Source: Terriglobia bacterium
GTDB taxonomy: Bacteria; Acidobacteriota; Terriglobia; Terriglobales; Acidobacteriaceae
Direction of reading: 5' to 3'
DNA length: 64,000 bases
Assembly: GCA_963831465.1 (NCBI GenBank)
Contig: CAWHQH010000039.1
Location: 108,892-172,891 of the forward strand
In this document: positions 1 through 9,212 of the stretch, in pieces
How the letters are laid out: each line of letters begins with the position of its first letter
Numbering within the stretch: position 1 is the stretch's first letter
The notes under the pieces: model-generated
Told to the model about the DNA's origin: nothing
Databases searched by the model: none
The model's input: the letters and a program-made list of their open reading frames with translations, nothing else
Program-made: the position numbers and the translations under genes

Positions 1-368
1 CAGTAATCGTCAAGCGTGCTCTGCGTTTCTTTTGAAAGATGTTTGGTCAATGAATCGTCGCCTGTATAGAGGCCATATTTCTGTATCAGGCCCATCATTT
101 TGGCCTGATCAGCATTCTTGATATTGACCTCCACCGCCAAGACTTTAGCGGCAGCAAAAGCCGATTCCACTTCTTTGGGCAGCGGATACATGCTGCTGTC
201 GCCCACGTGAATGGCGCCTACCAGGTAGACAGTGGTCGTGGGCGAGGTGGCTTTCCACATCGGGAACCGGCGTGGTTTTGGCTGTGCCGGCGCGGCTTGC
301 TGGGCCTGGGCTGCTCCTAAGAAAGTCAACAGCCCAAGCAAAACCGCATGGATATGCCGCTTTAGCAT
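1..368 (-). CDS. TraB/GumN family protein, N-terminal part (gene runs off the window start)
   Basis: Own translation of the minus strand from the ATG at 368-366: MLKRHIHAVLLGLLTFLGAAQA (signal peptide), then ...TVYLVGAIHVGDSSMYPLPKEVESAFAAAKVLAVEVN. This N-terminal pattern is typical of TraB/GumN. It is missing from the ORF track because no stop lies in the window. Confidence 0.6.
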   Translation of the reverse strand, partial: MLKRHIHAVLLGLLTFLGAAQAQQAAPAQPKPRRFPMWKATSPTTTVYLVGAIHVGDSSMYPLPKEVESAFAAAKVLAVEVNIKNADQAKMMGLIQKYGLYTGDDSLTKHLSKETQSTLDDY

Positions 369-517
369 GCAAAAATCTCCTTCGAAAAATGGACCGCTAG
401 TAACTGGTTACAGCAGATTATACCGTTGGATACAGACGCCAGTTTCACTCGGCCGACCTTGTCCTTTGGTAAAAGCCGCTGATAACAATTCCCGGCGATG
501 TCAGTCAGAATAATCAC

Positions 518-709
518 ATGCGGCATCTCTTGCTTCTGTCGATCATCGTTCTTGGCGCTGCTGTTGCGTATCCTCAGATATCCACGGCGGGTACGGTGCA
601 CAGTTCAGTGCCGGTTGCCGCACAACCTTCAAACAGCTACTCTCTCTATCTTCCGTCAGGGTACTCTACGGCGAAGCGCTGGCCACTTCTACTGATATTT
701 TCAATATGA
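518..709 (+). pseudogene. Truncated N-terminal fragment of a secreted esterase / alpha-beta hydrolase-like protein
   Basis: A signal peptide is followed by ...YSLYLPSGYSTAKRWPLLLIF, which resembles the start of PHB-depolymerase/feruloyl-esterase-type hydrolases. The ORF stops after 63 aa and no continuation is visible in any frame. Confidence 0.3.
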
Positions 710-850
710 ATTGCTCCGCTGATCCCGATCACAGCGGGGCGCTGCTAGCCGTTAAAGTGCAACTTTCGCAAATATGCGTGGATATGAATAATGTTGTGGC
801 AGCAACAGAGGGTGTACCATACGAGGTTTTAGCAGAGAGGAACCCACATT

Positions 851-1991
851 ATGAGAATTGCGGTCCCACGGGAGCAGCAGCAGGGTGAAGCCCGGGTGGC
901 GTTGACGCCTGAGTCAGTGAAAAAGCTGGTGGCTGCGGGCGCGGAAGTTGGCATTGAAAACGGCGCGGGCGTTCATGCTGGATTTCCTGACGCGGACTAC
1001 CAGACAGCCGGCGCCAGCCTGATGTCCCGCGCAGACCTGCTGCCGGAGGCTGACATTCTGGCTTGCGTGAACCGGCCTGAGCCCAGCGACTTTACCAAGC
1101 TGAAACAGGGTGCTGTGATTATCGGTTTTCTCAAGCCGCTGGATGAGCCAGCCGCGCTGGAGCCAATCGTCGCACGCAAGCTCACGGCATTTGCCATGGA
1201 GTTGGTTCCGCGCTCCACGCGGGCTCAATCCATGGATGCGCTCTCTTCCATGGCCACCGTTGCGGGCTATAAAGCCGTGCTGATCGCCGCCGCGCGCTTG
1301 CCACGCATGTTTCCCATGTTGATGACGGCCGCCGGCACAGTTCCGCCAGCAAAAGTTCTTGTGCTGGGAGCGGGCGTTGCCGGATTGCAAGCCATTGCCA
1401 CTGCGCGACGCCTTGGCGCTGTGGTGGAAGCCTATGACGTGCGTGCTGCTGCAGGCCAGGACGTTAAATCACTGGGGCGCGAAATTTCTTGAAGTGGATT
1501 TGGGCGGAATTGAAACGCAGGACGCAGGTGGATACGCGAAGGAACTTTCTCCCGAAGCAATGCAGCGTGGCCGCGACATGGTGGCCAAGCATGCCGCCAC
1601 GTCTGATGTGGTGATTACCACAGCGCAGGTGCCTGGACGCAAAGCTCCGCTGATGCTGACTGAAGAAGCCGTCAACAATATGCGTCCTGGAGCGGTGATT
1701 GTTGATCTGGCAGCTTCCACCGGCGGCAACGTGGCTTACACCAAGCCCGGTGAAGACGTGGACCACAATGGCGTAACGATTCTTGGCCCGCTGAATCTGC
1801 CTGCTACGGTTCCGGGACACGCCAGCCAGCTATATTCGCGCAACGTTACAACATTCATCGCGCTCATTAATGACAAAGGCAATTTGAAGATCGATATGAA
1901 TGACGACATCTTGAAAGCCGCCGCCGTCGCATACGAGGGCGGCAGCGTCCATCCCAAAGTGGCCGCGGCATTGGGGCATCCGGTAGCGTAG
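851..1991 (+). pseudogene. pntA: NAD(P) transhydrogenase subunit alpha part 1 (PntAA), interrupted by a 1-nt frameshift
   Basis: ORFs 851..1492 and 1359..1991 together form a full ~380-aa PntAA with an alanine-dehydrogenase-like fold. The frame changes at the GGGG run 1474-1477: ...VKSLG in one frame continues as GAKFLEVDLGG in the next. Confidence 0.85.
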
Positions 1992-2045
1992 TTGCAATAT
2001 TGATCGCAGCCTTAATAAGTGGAACATGAAAACAAGGAGACCTGA

Positions 2046-2450
2046 ATGGAGCACTTATTGTTTCATCCTGTAGGCGTCATCATCGCGCTGGCGATGCTGG
2101 AAGGCACAAAAGAACTGTCTTTTAACCCAGCGGTCCTCATCGCTTCTCTTTATGTTTTTGCTCTGGCTGCATTTCTCGGCTATCAGGTTATCTCCCGCGT
2201 GCCTCCGCTGTTGCACACGCCGCTGATGTCGGCCACTAACGCCATTTCCGGCATCTCGCTGATTGGTTCGCTGGTGATTGCCGGATCGCACTATGACCAG
2301 CACCAGGGACTGGCGGAAATCCTGGGCTGCGCTGCAGTGACCTCTGCCATGATCAACGTGACTGGCGGCTTTCTAATTACTGACCGCATGTTGAAGATGT
2401 TCCGCAAGAAGGAAGCGCCAAAGACCAACAAGCCGGAGGAGAAGAAGTGA
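2046..2450 (+). CDS. pntA: NAD(P) transhydrogenase subunit alpha part 2 (PntAB, membrane)
   Basis: Contains YQVISRVPPLLHTPLMSATNAISGISLIG, the hallmark of the PntA membrane domain. An AAGGAGA Shine-Dalgarno lies 6 nt upstream, and its stop overlaps the pntB GTG start. Confidence 0.85.
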   Translation: MEHLLFHPVGVIIALAMLEGTKELSFNPAVLIASLYVFALAAFLGYQVISRVPPLLHTPLMSATNAISGISLIGSLVIAGSHYDQHQGLAEILGCAAVTSAMINVTGGFLITDRMLKMFRKKEAPKTNKPEEKK

Positions 2451-3820
2451 GCCACGCTCAATATTTTTTGGAAGCCACTTATCTCATTGCCTCCTGCCTC
2501 TTTGTTCTGGGCTTAAAAGGGTTGAGCCATCCTGACACGGCGCGTCGCGGCATGATTATGGCTGCTGCAGGAATGGCCGCCGCTGTGATTGGCACGCTTT
2601 TCCATCCTGACATCCACAACTACATCTACATTGCGATTGGCATGATTGTGGGCTCCGCGATTGGTATTCCCATGGCCATGGTGCCGATGACGGCGATGCC
2701 GCAACGGACCGCGCTTTCACACGCCTTTGGCGCATTGGCGGCAGCCATGGTCGGCATTGCCGAATACGTGATTCATGGCAGCAATCTTGGCCCGGTCAAA
2801 GTCGGCGCTCTGGGTTTGGAAGTGATGCTCGGTTCGCTTACCGTGACTGGTTCGCTCATTGCGGCAGCCAAGCTTCAGGAAGTGATGCGCGGCTCTCCCA
2901 TCATGTTTAAAGGGCAGAAAATTTTCAATCTTGCGCTATTTATCGTGATGGTCGGCTGTTTTATCACGTGGATCGCTGATCCTGCCTCCGCGACATTTTT
3001 TTACGTTATGGTCGGCTGCGCTTTTGTTTTTGGCATCATGCTGGTGATTCCCATCGGCGCTGCCGATATGCCTGTGGTGATGTCGCTGTTGAATTCTTAC
3101 GCTGGACTTTCTTCAGCTGCAACCGGCTTCGTGTTGAGCAATAATGTGCTCATTATTGCCGGAACGCTCGATGGCTTCTCCGGTTTCATCCTTTCTATCT
3201 TGATGTGCCGCGCCATGAATCGTTCGATTACCAATGTGCTGTTTGGCGGCTTTGGCTCTGCAGTGACGGAAGAAACCGCAGTCACTGGATCCATGCGCGA
3301 AGTCGGCCTTGACGACGTTGCGGTCCAGCTTGCTTACGCCAACCAGGTGGTCTTTGTCCCTGGATACGGCATGGCGACAGCACAGGCGCAACACGCCGTC
3401 CGCGAATTGGGCAATCTGCTGGAAGAGCGCGGCATCTCCGTGAAATATGCCATTCATCCCGTAGCAGGCCGCATGCCGGGACACATGAATGTTCTTCTTG
3501 CCGAAGCTAATGTGCCGTATTCTTCACTCTACGAAATGGAGCAGATCAATCCTGAAATGCAGTCCACGGACGTGGCAGTAGTGATCGGCGCAAATGATGT
3601 TGTGAACCCCGACGCGCGCGATAATCCAAAGAGCTTAATCGCTGGAATGCCAATCATTGAAGTCGATAAGGCAAAATCCGTGGTGGTGTTGAAACGCGGC
3701 AAAGGCAAAGGATTTTCCGGCTTGGAAAATCCGCTTTTCTTCAAGCCCGTGACTGGGATGCTCTACGGCGACGCCAAGGCCTCACTGACGAACCTTGTCC
3801 AGGCGGTGCAGAAAGTTTAG
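2447..3820 (+). CDS. pntB: NAD(P) transhydrogenase subunit beta
   Basis: 457 aa with an N-terminal polytopic membrane domain and a C-terminal NADP(H)-binding domain (VPGYGMATAQAQH, HPVAGRMPGHMNVLLAEA). Confidence 0.95.
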   Translation: MSHAQYFLEATYLIASCLFVLGLKGLSHPDTARRGMIMAAAGMAAAVIGTLFHPDIHNYIYIAIGMIVGSAIGIPMAMVPMTAMPQRTALSHAFGALAAAMVGIAEYVIHGSNLGPVKVGALGLEVMLGSLTVTGSLIAAAKLQEVMRGSPIMFKGQKIFNLALFIVMVGCFITWIADPASATFFYVMVGCAFVFGIMLVIPIGAADMPVVMSLLNSYAGLSSAATGFVLSNNVLIIAGTLDGFSGFILSILMCRAMNRSITNVLFGGFGSAVTEETAVTGSMREVGLDDVAVQLAYANQVVFVPGYGMATAQAQHAVRELGNLLEERGISVKYAIHPVAGRMPGHMNVLLAEANVPYSSLYEMEQINPEMQSTDVAVVIGANDVVNPDARDNPKSLIAGMPIIEVDKAKSVVVLKRGKGKGFSGLENPLFFKPVTGMLYGDAKASLTNLVQAVQKV

Positions 3821-3913
3821 CGTCCAGAGCTAAAAAAAATTTTGGGCACAGGGCATTGAGCGTGTGCGGCCGGGCAGCTCAACGATTTAACGCTCCTGAG
3901 TTCCGGGCGAGCC

Positions 3914-5893
3914 TCAATAATTCAGGTTGAAGTTCAGCAGGTTCCAATGATAAGAGAACCACACAAAGCCAAGGCAGGCCAGCAGAAGTAGAAGATTCCA
4001 GATTTTGCCCCAGAACCATGCATGTGGATCTCTCCACGAGCGAAGTGTAGCCAGCAATACAAGAATAGTCCCAAGCGCACCTAGCAACCCTAAAGACTGA
4101 ATGGCATGAAACTTGAGATCAGTTTTGGAACTTAATGCGTTAATTCCTCCGCTCGTAAGCGCCATCAGAAAAATCAGCAGGAATGCTATATCCACGCCGC
4201 ACACCACTCGCACCCACGGATGCAGTTGCAAGTAACTAGGATCAAGGTCAAGTCGCTGGTGGTAGTGCCCTCGAATGATGGCAGCAATCGGCCAGCAAAC
4301 CAGCGTCAATCCCAGAACAACTAGAACTCCTAAAATCAATGATTGGTTGAAATCCGCGCTCTGCGCCAGCGACACGCGTTGATCGGCGGCGGCAGGGAAG
4401 TTTGGCGCCAAAAGTATGTTTCCCTGATAGTCGCGCACGAAAGCAAGCAGGTCTTGGCCATTCACCGATCGGTAAACCAGCGGCGCAATCTCCTGCCACT
4501 TCTTGGTCTGGCCATTGAAGTCCTTGAACGGCTCTACTTTGATGGTCCCACTTTCATCCGGCGTGACGCGGACATCTTCTTCCACCGCCCCAACTTTTAA
4601 AAAATTGCTTTCAGAACGGCGCGTGGTGAGATATCGACCCGCAATGGTCTTCGCATCCGCATCAGCGCTGGCCAGCTTCTCAACTTTCGCTGGAGTGTAA
4701 GGGAAGTATCGATCGAGAAAGTGATACCACAAAGCGCTCCGGGGACTGATGTCACCTTTGCCGGCGCTATTATAAGAAACGAAAAAGCCGATGCCATTTT
4801 CCAGCATCAGGTGCAGGTCGCTGTGGAAGTAAATCGTATCGCCGCCATGGCCGATGATGCGCTTTCCGTTGCGCGTCTCCTCATAGAAGCCCAGGCACAT
4901 ACCGTTGAGCGCCGGGCTGAGCCCGAACTGCCGTGAATGCATCTGGCTTGCTGTCTCCGAACGAAGAATCTTCTTATTTTCAAGCTTGCCATTCTGAAGA
5001 TGCGCGATCATAAACCGCGAAATATCGGCTGCTGTGGCCGCCAAAGCACCAGCCGGAGCTTCCTCAATAATTTCAAACGGCTTCGATTTGCCTGAACCCA
5101 GCCCGTAGCCGTTGGACATCAGCGGCTTCAATTCGGCTGGCAGTGGTTGCGCGAATGTGGAATGTGCCATTCCTAATGGCTTGAAAATATTTTCCGCAAC
5201 ATAGTCATTGAACGGACGGCCGGAAACGCGCTCCACAATGTATCCGGCCAGTGAAGCTCCGTAATTGGAATAAGCAGGCGTGGTACCGGGAGGAAAGATA
5301 CGCTCCGGGATGTGCCTGACCAAATGCTGCTTCAACGTGGCAGATGGAGCGGCATCTTCTGTGATCAGGTCTTTAACTTGTTCTTCAAAGCCCGGTGTGT
5401 GCGTCATGATATTGCGCAGCGTAATCGGCTTGCCGAATTTCGCTGGAATCTTGAAATCCAAATATTCATTGATGCCGCGGTCCAGATCGAGCTTGCCTTG
5501 CTCCACCAGTTGCATAACTGCAGTCCAGGTAAACAGCTTGGAAACTGACCCGGGGCGGAACAACGTCGCGTCTACGGTCACGGGAGTTTTCTTTTCAACA
5601 TCGCTGTAGCCGTAGCCCTTAGCGAACAGGATTGCTCCATCCTTCACCACCAGCACCACTGCGCCGGCAATGTCTTCACGCTCAAGCTGCATGGGGACGA
5701 ATCCGTCAAGGAATGCGTGTACGTCATCCGCAGTTAGCTCATGCGGAGGCTCAGTTACTTTTGATTCACCCGCTGTGGGCGCCTGGGGCGTGGGAGGAAT
5801 GGGCGTCACCTTGGGCTGCTGCGCCATCGCAACGGAAGCAAGCATTGCAAACTGAAGCACAAACGAAATAAGAATGCGTTGTTTCATAAGCAT
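3914..5893 (-). CDS. Beta-lactamase-family serine hydrolase with C-terminal multi-helix membrane domain
   Basis: Carries the SxxK motif (GSVSKLFT) and a YSN motif typical of class C beta-lactamase/esterase proteins. The C-terminus has about 4 hydrophobic helices. The start was moved to MLMKQRIL..., which gives a signal peptide. Confidence 0.85.
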   Translation of the reverse strand: MLMKQRILISFVLQFAMLASVAMAQQPKVTPIPPTPQAPTAGESKVTEPPHELTADDVHAFLDGFVPMQLEREDIAGAVVLVVKDGAILFAKGYGYSDVEKKTPVTVDATLFRPGSVSKLFTWTAVMQLVEQGKLDLDRGINEYLDFKIPAKFGKPITLRNIMTHTPGFEEQVKDLITEDAAPSATLKQHLVRHIPERIFPPGTTPAYSNYGASLAGYIVERVSGRPFNDYVAENIFKPLGMAHSTFAQPLPAELKPLMSNGYGLGSGKSKPFEIIEEAPAGALAATAADISRFMIAHLQNGKLENKKILRSETASQMHSRQFGLSPALNGMCLGFYEETRNGKRIIGHGGDTIYFHSDLHLMLENGIGFFVSYNSAGKGDISPRSALWYHFLDRYFPYTPAKVEKLASADADAKTIAGRYLTTRRSESNFLKVGAVEEDVRVTPDESGTIKVEPFKDFNGQTKKWQEIAPLVYRSVNGQDLLAFVRDYQGNILLAPNFPAAADQRVSLAQSADFNQSLILGVLVVLGLTLVCWPIAAIIRGHYHQRLDLDPSYLQLHPWVRVVCGVDIAFLLIFLMALTSGGINALSSKTDLKFHAIQSLGLLGALGTILVLLATLRSWRDPHAWFWGKIWNLLLLLACLGFVWFSYHWNLLNFNLNY

Positions 5894-6005
5894 GGCAATG
5901 CTCCGTCGGCGGATTGGAGAATGCGAAGAACGGGAAAGAATATCACGCGATCTTGGGGGATCGCGCCGAGCCACTCTTGTAACTGTCGGGTTGCAGCGGA
6001 TGCGC

Positions 6006-6305
6006 TTAATATATGAAGCGATATCTGCTTCTGGCCCGCCGGTCTCTTCTGATGTCTGATCTTAACCGCTTGATTTCCAGTCGATCGCGTTTGACCTGTA
6101 TCTGGTCAAGCCTGATCTGTACACGCGATGCATGGCTGCGTCGATCCAACGCCAAACGGCCGCGGTCCTGATCCAGCTGGAGCTCCTGGCGGCGCAGCAT
6201 CTGCTCGTCCGCGCGCAAATCCGCCATGGATCCGGTCTGCGCAACAGAAAAGGTACTCATGAGAAAAGACAGCGCCAATGACAAAGACAAGTATGTGCGT
6301 GTCAT
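6006..6305 (-). CDS. Small secreted, highly charged (R/D/Q-rich) hypothetical protein
   Basis: A signal peptide (MTRTYLSLSLALSFLMSTFSVAQ) is followed by a charged, coiled-coil-like sequence. I recognise no family. Confidence 0.4.
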   Translation of the reverse strand: MTRTYLSLSLALSFLMSTFSVAQTGSMADLRADEQMLRRQELQLDQDRGRLALDRRSHASRVQIRLDQIQVKRDRLEIKRLRSDIRRDRRARSRYRFIY

Positions 6306-6548
6306 GTGCCAGACTCCGGGCCTTCAGATTTTGCCGGAAGGTGTAAGTTGCTGCCGATTTTAACCCTGGTAGGCAGGAATGTAGCAGGATTTTTTATTTG
6401 GGACGAAAAGGCACAATGTATTTTCGGATTGGTCTGAACAGGTGCGAATCTTATCTGTGTCTGTATCCTTCAGATTCCATTCAAAGCACAGGCAAGAGTG
6501 CCTTTGCCACAGAGTCAAATGGGCTGTTCAAGCCAATAGAACACTGAC

Positions 6549-7772
6549 CTATGCGCTCTTGCGCAGCAGTCCAGTCATGGCCCAGATTCCAAGCAGTGGC
6601 CCCAATGCCATACTGGACAGGGCCCAATTCCATCCATAACGGGCCGCAATGGCTGCCATCAATCGAATGACGAACGCAGTCAGTAGAAATCCCAATGCGA
6701 CTTGGCAGGTTAGCGCCGTGCCGACGTAATTTTTGTCCGATACTTCGCTGATGATGGTGGAGAATTGAGCCGAATCGGCAATGATCGCGATTCCCCATAC
6801 CAGCGAAAGCGGTATGAGAATCATGGGATGGTGCAGCGTTAGCGCAGCCAGCACACAGCACATGGAACTGATGCCCATAGCAATTATCGTTACGCGGGCG
6901 CGCTGCGCCACGCGGACCCTAGACGCTTGGTCCTGCAGCTTATCACTGGCTGCCCCGGCCCATATGCAGCCCACTGCGCCAATAGCGATAGCCAGTGCCG
7001 CCATTGCTTCAAGCATTGAGTGGGACCATGCTGCGGAGACCGAGAAGATCACGGCGATCCATCCCCACATGGAGTAAAGCTCCCACATGTGTCCCAGATA
7101 GCCCAGATTGGCCAGCCGCAGTGATCGGTTGCGGACGATCTCAAGAATTTGCGCAGGGTCAAAGCGTGATTGTGGCATGGCAAATGGTCCTTGCCTCACT
7201 GCTACGGCAACAATCAAAGCTCCAAGCAATGCCTGTGCGCTACCAAGAAGAATTACACCTTGCCACGGCACTCGGCCCACCGCGCTTACCGCGTGAGGCA
7301 ACGCCGATCCTACCGTCAGCGCGCCGATCATGATTCCCAGCGCCAGTCCGCGTCCACGCTGAAACCAACCGGCAATAATTTTCATTCCTACGGGATAAAC
7401 ACCAGCCAGGAAGAAACCTGTTGCGCCGCGCAGCAGGATAGCCGGCAGTGGGTGTGCGGCCAAGAATGCAAATGCGGCGTTGGCAGCCGCTGCCGCTACG
7501 GCAGAGACAACCAGCACCTTAATCGGGCTGAAGACATCGGGAATATTGAAGAGCGCAAACGTGATAGCGCCTACTGAAAATCCAACTTGCACGGCGATAG
7601 TCAGCCATGATCCCAGTGCAAGCCCTGAATGCCAAAGCGTTGTTATCTGCGGAATTACAGCCGTTCCGGTAAACCACAGTGACATTGCCAATAGGATCGA
7701 GACTGAAAGCAAAAAAAGAGCCCGCCGGGATGAAGTTGCCTGGCGGGCTTCTGTCTGGACCGTTACCGTCAT
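6549..7772 (-). CDS. MFS transporter
   Basis: 407 aa with about 12 hydrophobic segments in MFS-like organisation. Its start directly abuts the stop of the upstream peroxiredoxin gene. Confidence 0.85.
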   Translation of the reverse strand: MTVTVQTEARQATSSRRALFLLSVSILLAMSLWFTGTAVIPQITTLWHSGLALGSWLTIAVQVGFSVGAITFALFNIPDVFSPIKVLVVSAVAAAAANAAFAFLAAHPLPAILLRGATGFFLAGVYPVGMKIIAGWFQRGRGLALGIMIGALTVGSALPHAVSAVGRVPWQGVILLGSAQALLGALIVAVAVRQGPFAMPQSRFDPAQILEIVRNRSLRLANLGYLGHMWELYSMWGWIAVIFSVSAAWSHSMLEAMAALAIAIGAVGCIWAGAASDKLQDQASRVRVAQRARVTIIAMGISSMCCVLAALTLHHPMILIPLSLVWGIAIIADSAQFSTIISEVSDKNYVGTALTCQVALGFLLTAFVIRLMAAIAARYGWNWALSSMALGPLLGIWAMTGLLRKSA

Positions 7773-8354
7773 TTAACTCTTAAGCTTCCGGCGTTCACAT
7801 GATTCAACCACTTTGGTGGGATCGATTGCATCGCTGTCGATCTGCATTTCGGCAATCTTTCCTTCTTTATCGATCAGGAAGTTCACGCGGCGGCCAATTT
7901 TGTGCTTCTCGTCATAAAGGCCGTATTTACGCGTAACGTCGCCGCCCCAATCGCTCAGCAGTGGGAAGGTGACATTGATTTTCTCCGCCCATGCGGCATT
8001 ACTGAAGGGGCTGTCCATGCTAACACCCAGCACCTGGGTGTCTGCAGCTTCCAGTTTTTTCAGATTCGCCTGGAAGTTCTGCATCTGCTTGGTTCAACCA
8101 CCGGTGAAGGCAAAGATATAAAACGCCAATGCGACGTTCTTCTTTCCCTTGAAATCATGGAGTGAGACCTTGTTCTTGTAGGTCTGATCGGGCAAAGTAA
8201 AGTCAGGAGCCACATCTCCGACCTTCAATGCAGGCGCCGGGGGCGCTTCTTTTTTTTCTTCTTTCTTATCGCTTTGCGCCAGCAGATTGGTTCCTGCCGC
8301 AGGCCCCAACAACGCCAGCGTTCCCAACATCTGAACAGCGGTTCTTCTACGCAT
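7773..8354 (-). CDS. Secreted AhpC/TSA-family peroxiredoxin with in-frame TGA (putative selenocysteine) at the peroxidatic position
   Basis: Track ORFs 8094..8399 and 7773..8084 are in the same frame and are separated only by TGA at 8094-8096. The read-through sequence is ...[21 protein letters not shown]..., so TGA sits at the C of the universal Prx TxxC motif. The ATG at 8354 has a GGAGGA Shine-Dalgarno and gives [21 protein letters not shown], a signal peptide. Confidence 0.7.
8044..8082 (-). promoter_or_regulatory. SECIS-like hairpin downstream of the in-frame UGA
   Basis: On the minus strand the structure is GCAG-AA-CUUCCAG [15-nt loop GCGAAUCUGAAAAAA] CUGGAAG-CUGC. It pairs 4+7 bp with an AA bulge. 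It starts 11 nt after the UGA, and the loop begins about 24 nt after it. Confidence 0.45.
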
Positions 8355-8492
8355 TAGTTCTTCCTCCGCATGAATGCTGCATGGTAAGCCTAAATTCACA
8401 TACTCAGTACGTCAATAGGCGAATCCTATAGCCGCTGGGGGCCAGCAACTTCAGCCGAAACAGGTGTTAGTATTTTGCTGAGATACATTCCA

Positions 8493-9212
8493 ATGAAAAC
8501 ATTAAGTTTGTCCATTATGCTGGCGCTTGCTTCTATTGCGTCTGCACAGGTTTCTACTACTCCCAGTGCGATCCAGATGAATACCATCTATGCCGGCGCG
8601 GATGGCAAGTTTGAAGCAGCGCCCGACACTGCCGTTATCCGCATGGATATTGCCTCGCAGCAGGATACGTCACGCGCAGCTTATGACCATGCTGCTTTGG
8701 CGGTGGACCATGTGCGCCAGGTTTTGACGAGCAATAACATTGATCTAAAGGCGGCCCAGTTCGGCACTTACCAGATGCAGCCGATGTACGACTGGAAAAA
8801 TCCCAAACACAAAGTGATCGGCTATCGCGTCAGCTCTGACGTCACGCTCAAGCTACGCGACTTCAAAAAGGTCGGCAACATGACAGAGCAATTGGCGGAC
8901 ATTGAAGAGACACAGAACCAGTCAGTGACTTACACGCTGGAAGATATTGAACAGGCAAAAGCCAAAGCGTCAGAAGACGCGTTAAAAAAGGCTCGCAACC
9001 AGGCAGCAGCCGTCGCCACCGCCGGCGGACGCACGCTGGGCGACCTTCTCTATGCTTCAGTGGATGTGAACCAGCAAAACGTTGTTCCGGCTATGTTTGC
9101 GCAAGCCAGATCAGCTGTATCGGCCGCGGCAACGCCTCCGCCCATGGCTGACTTCACGCCGCAAACGGTCACCATCAACGCGCATGTGAACGCCTTGTTT
9201 GCGCTGAAGTAG
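8493..9212 (+). CDS. SIMPL-domain (DUF541) periplasmic protein
   Basis: Signal peptide MKTLSLSIMLALASIASAQ. Overall similarity to the YggE/26-kDa periplasmic immunogenic protein family (…GYRVSSDVTLKLRDFKKVG…). Confidence 0.8.
   Translation: MKTLSLSIMLALASIASAQVSTTPSAIQMNTIYAGADGKFEAAPDTAVIRMDIASQQDTSRAAYDHAALAVDHVRQVLTSNNIDLKAAQFGTYQMQPMYDWKNPKHKVIGYRVSSDVTLKLRDFKKVGNMTEQLADIEETQNQSVTYTLEDIEQAKAKASEDALKKARNQAAAVATAGGRTLGDLLYASVDVNQQNVVPAMFAQARSAVSAAATPPPMADFTPQTVTINAHVNALFALK

Noticed and set aside
145-372. Track ORF (75 aa, minus strand) at the window start
   Set aside because: Its sequence (MHAKAAYPCGFAWAVDF...) is compositionally odd. A different minus-strand frame, open from 368 to the window edge, encodes a convincing signal peptide plus a TraB/GumN-like sequence.
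851-1991. Programmed ribosomal frameshift in pntAA
   Set aside because: I see no slippery heptamer or stimulatory structure. The junction is a simple G-run. At least three other unrelated genes in the window carry the same kind of 1-nt indel. Error or recent mutation is therefore the simpler explanation.
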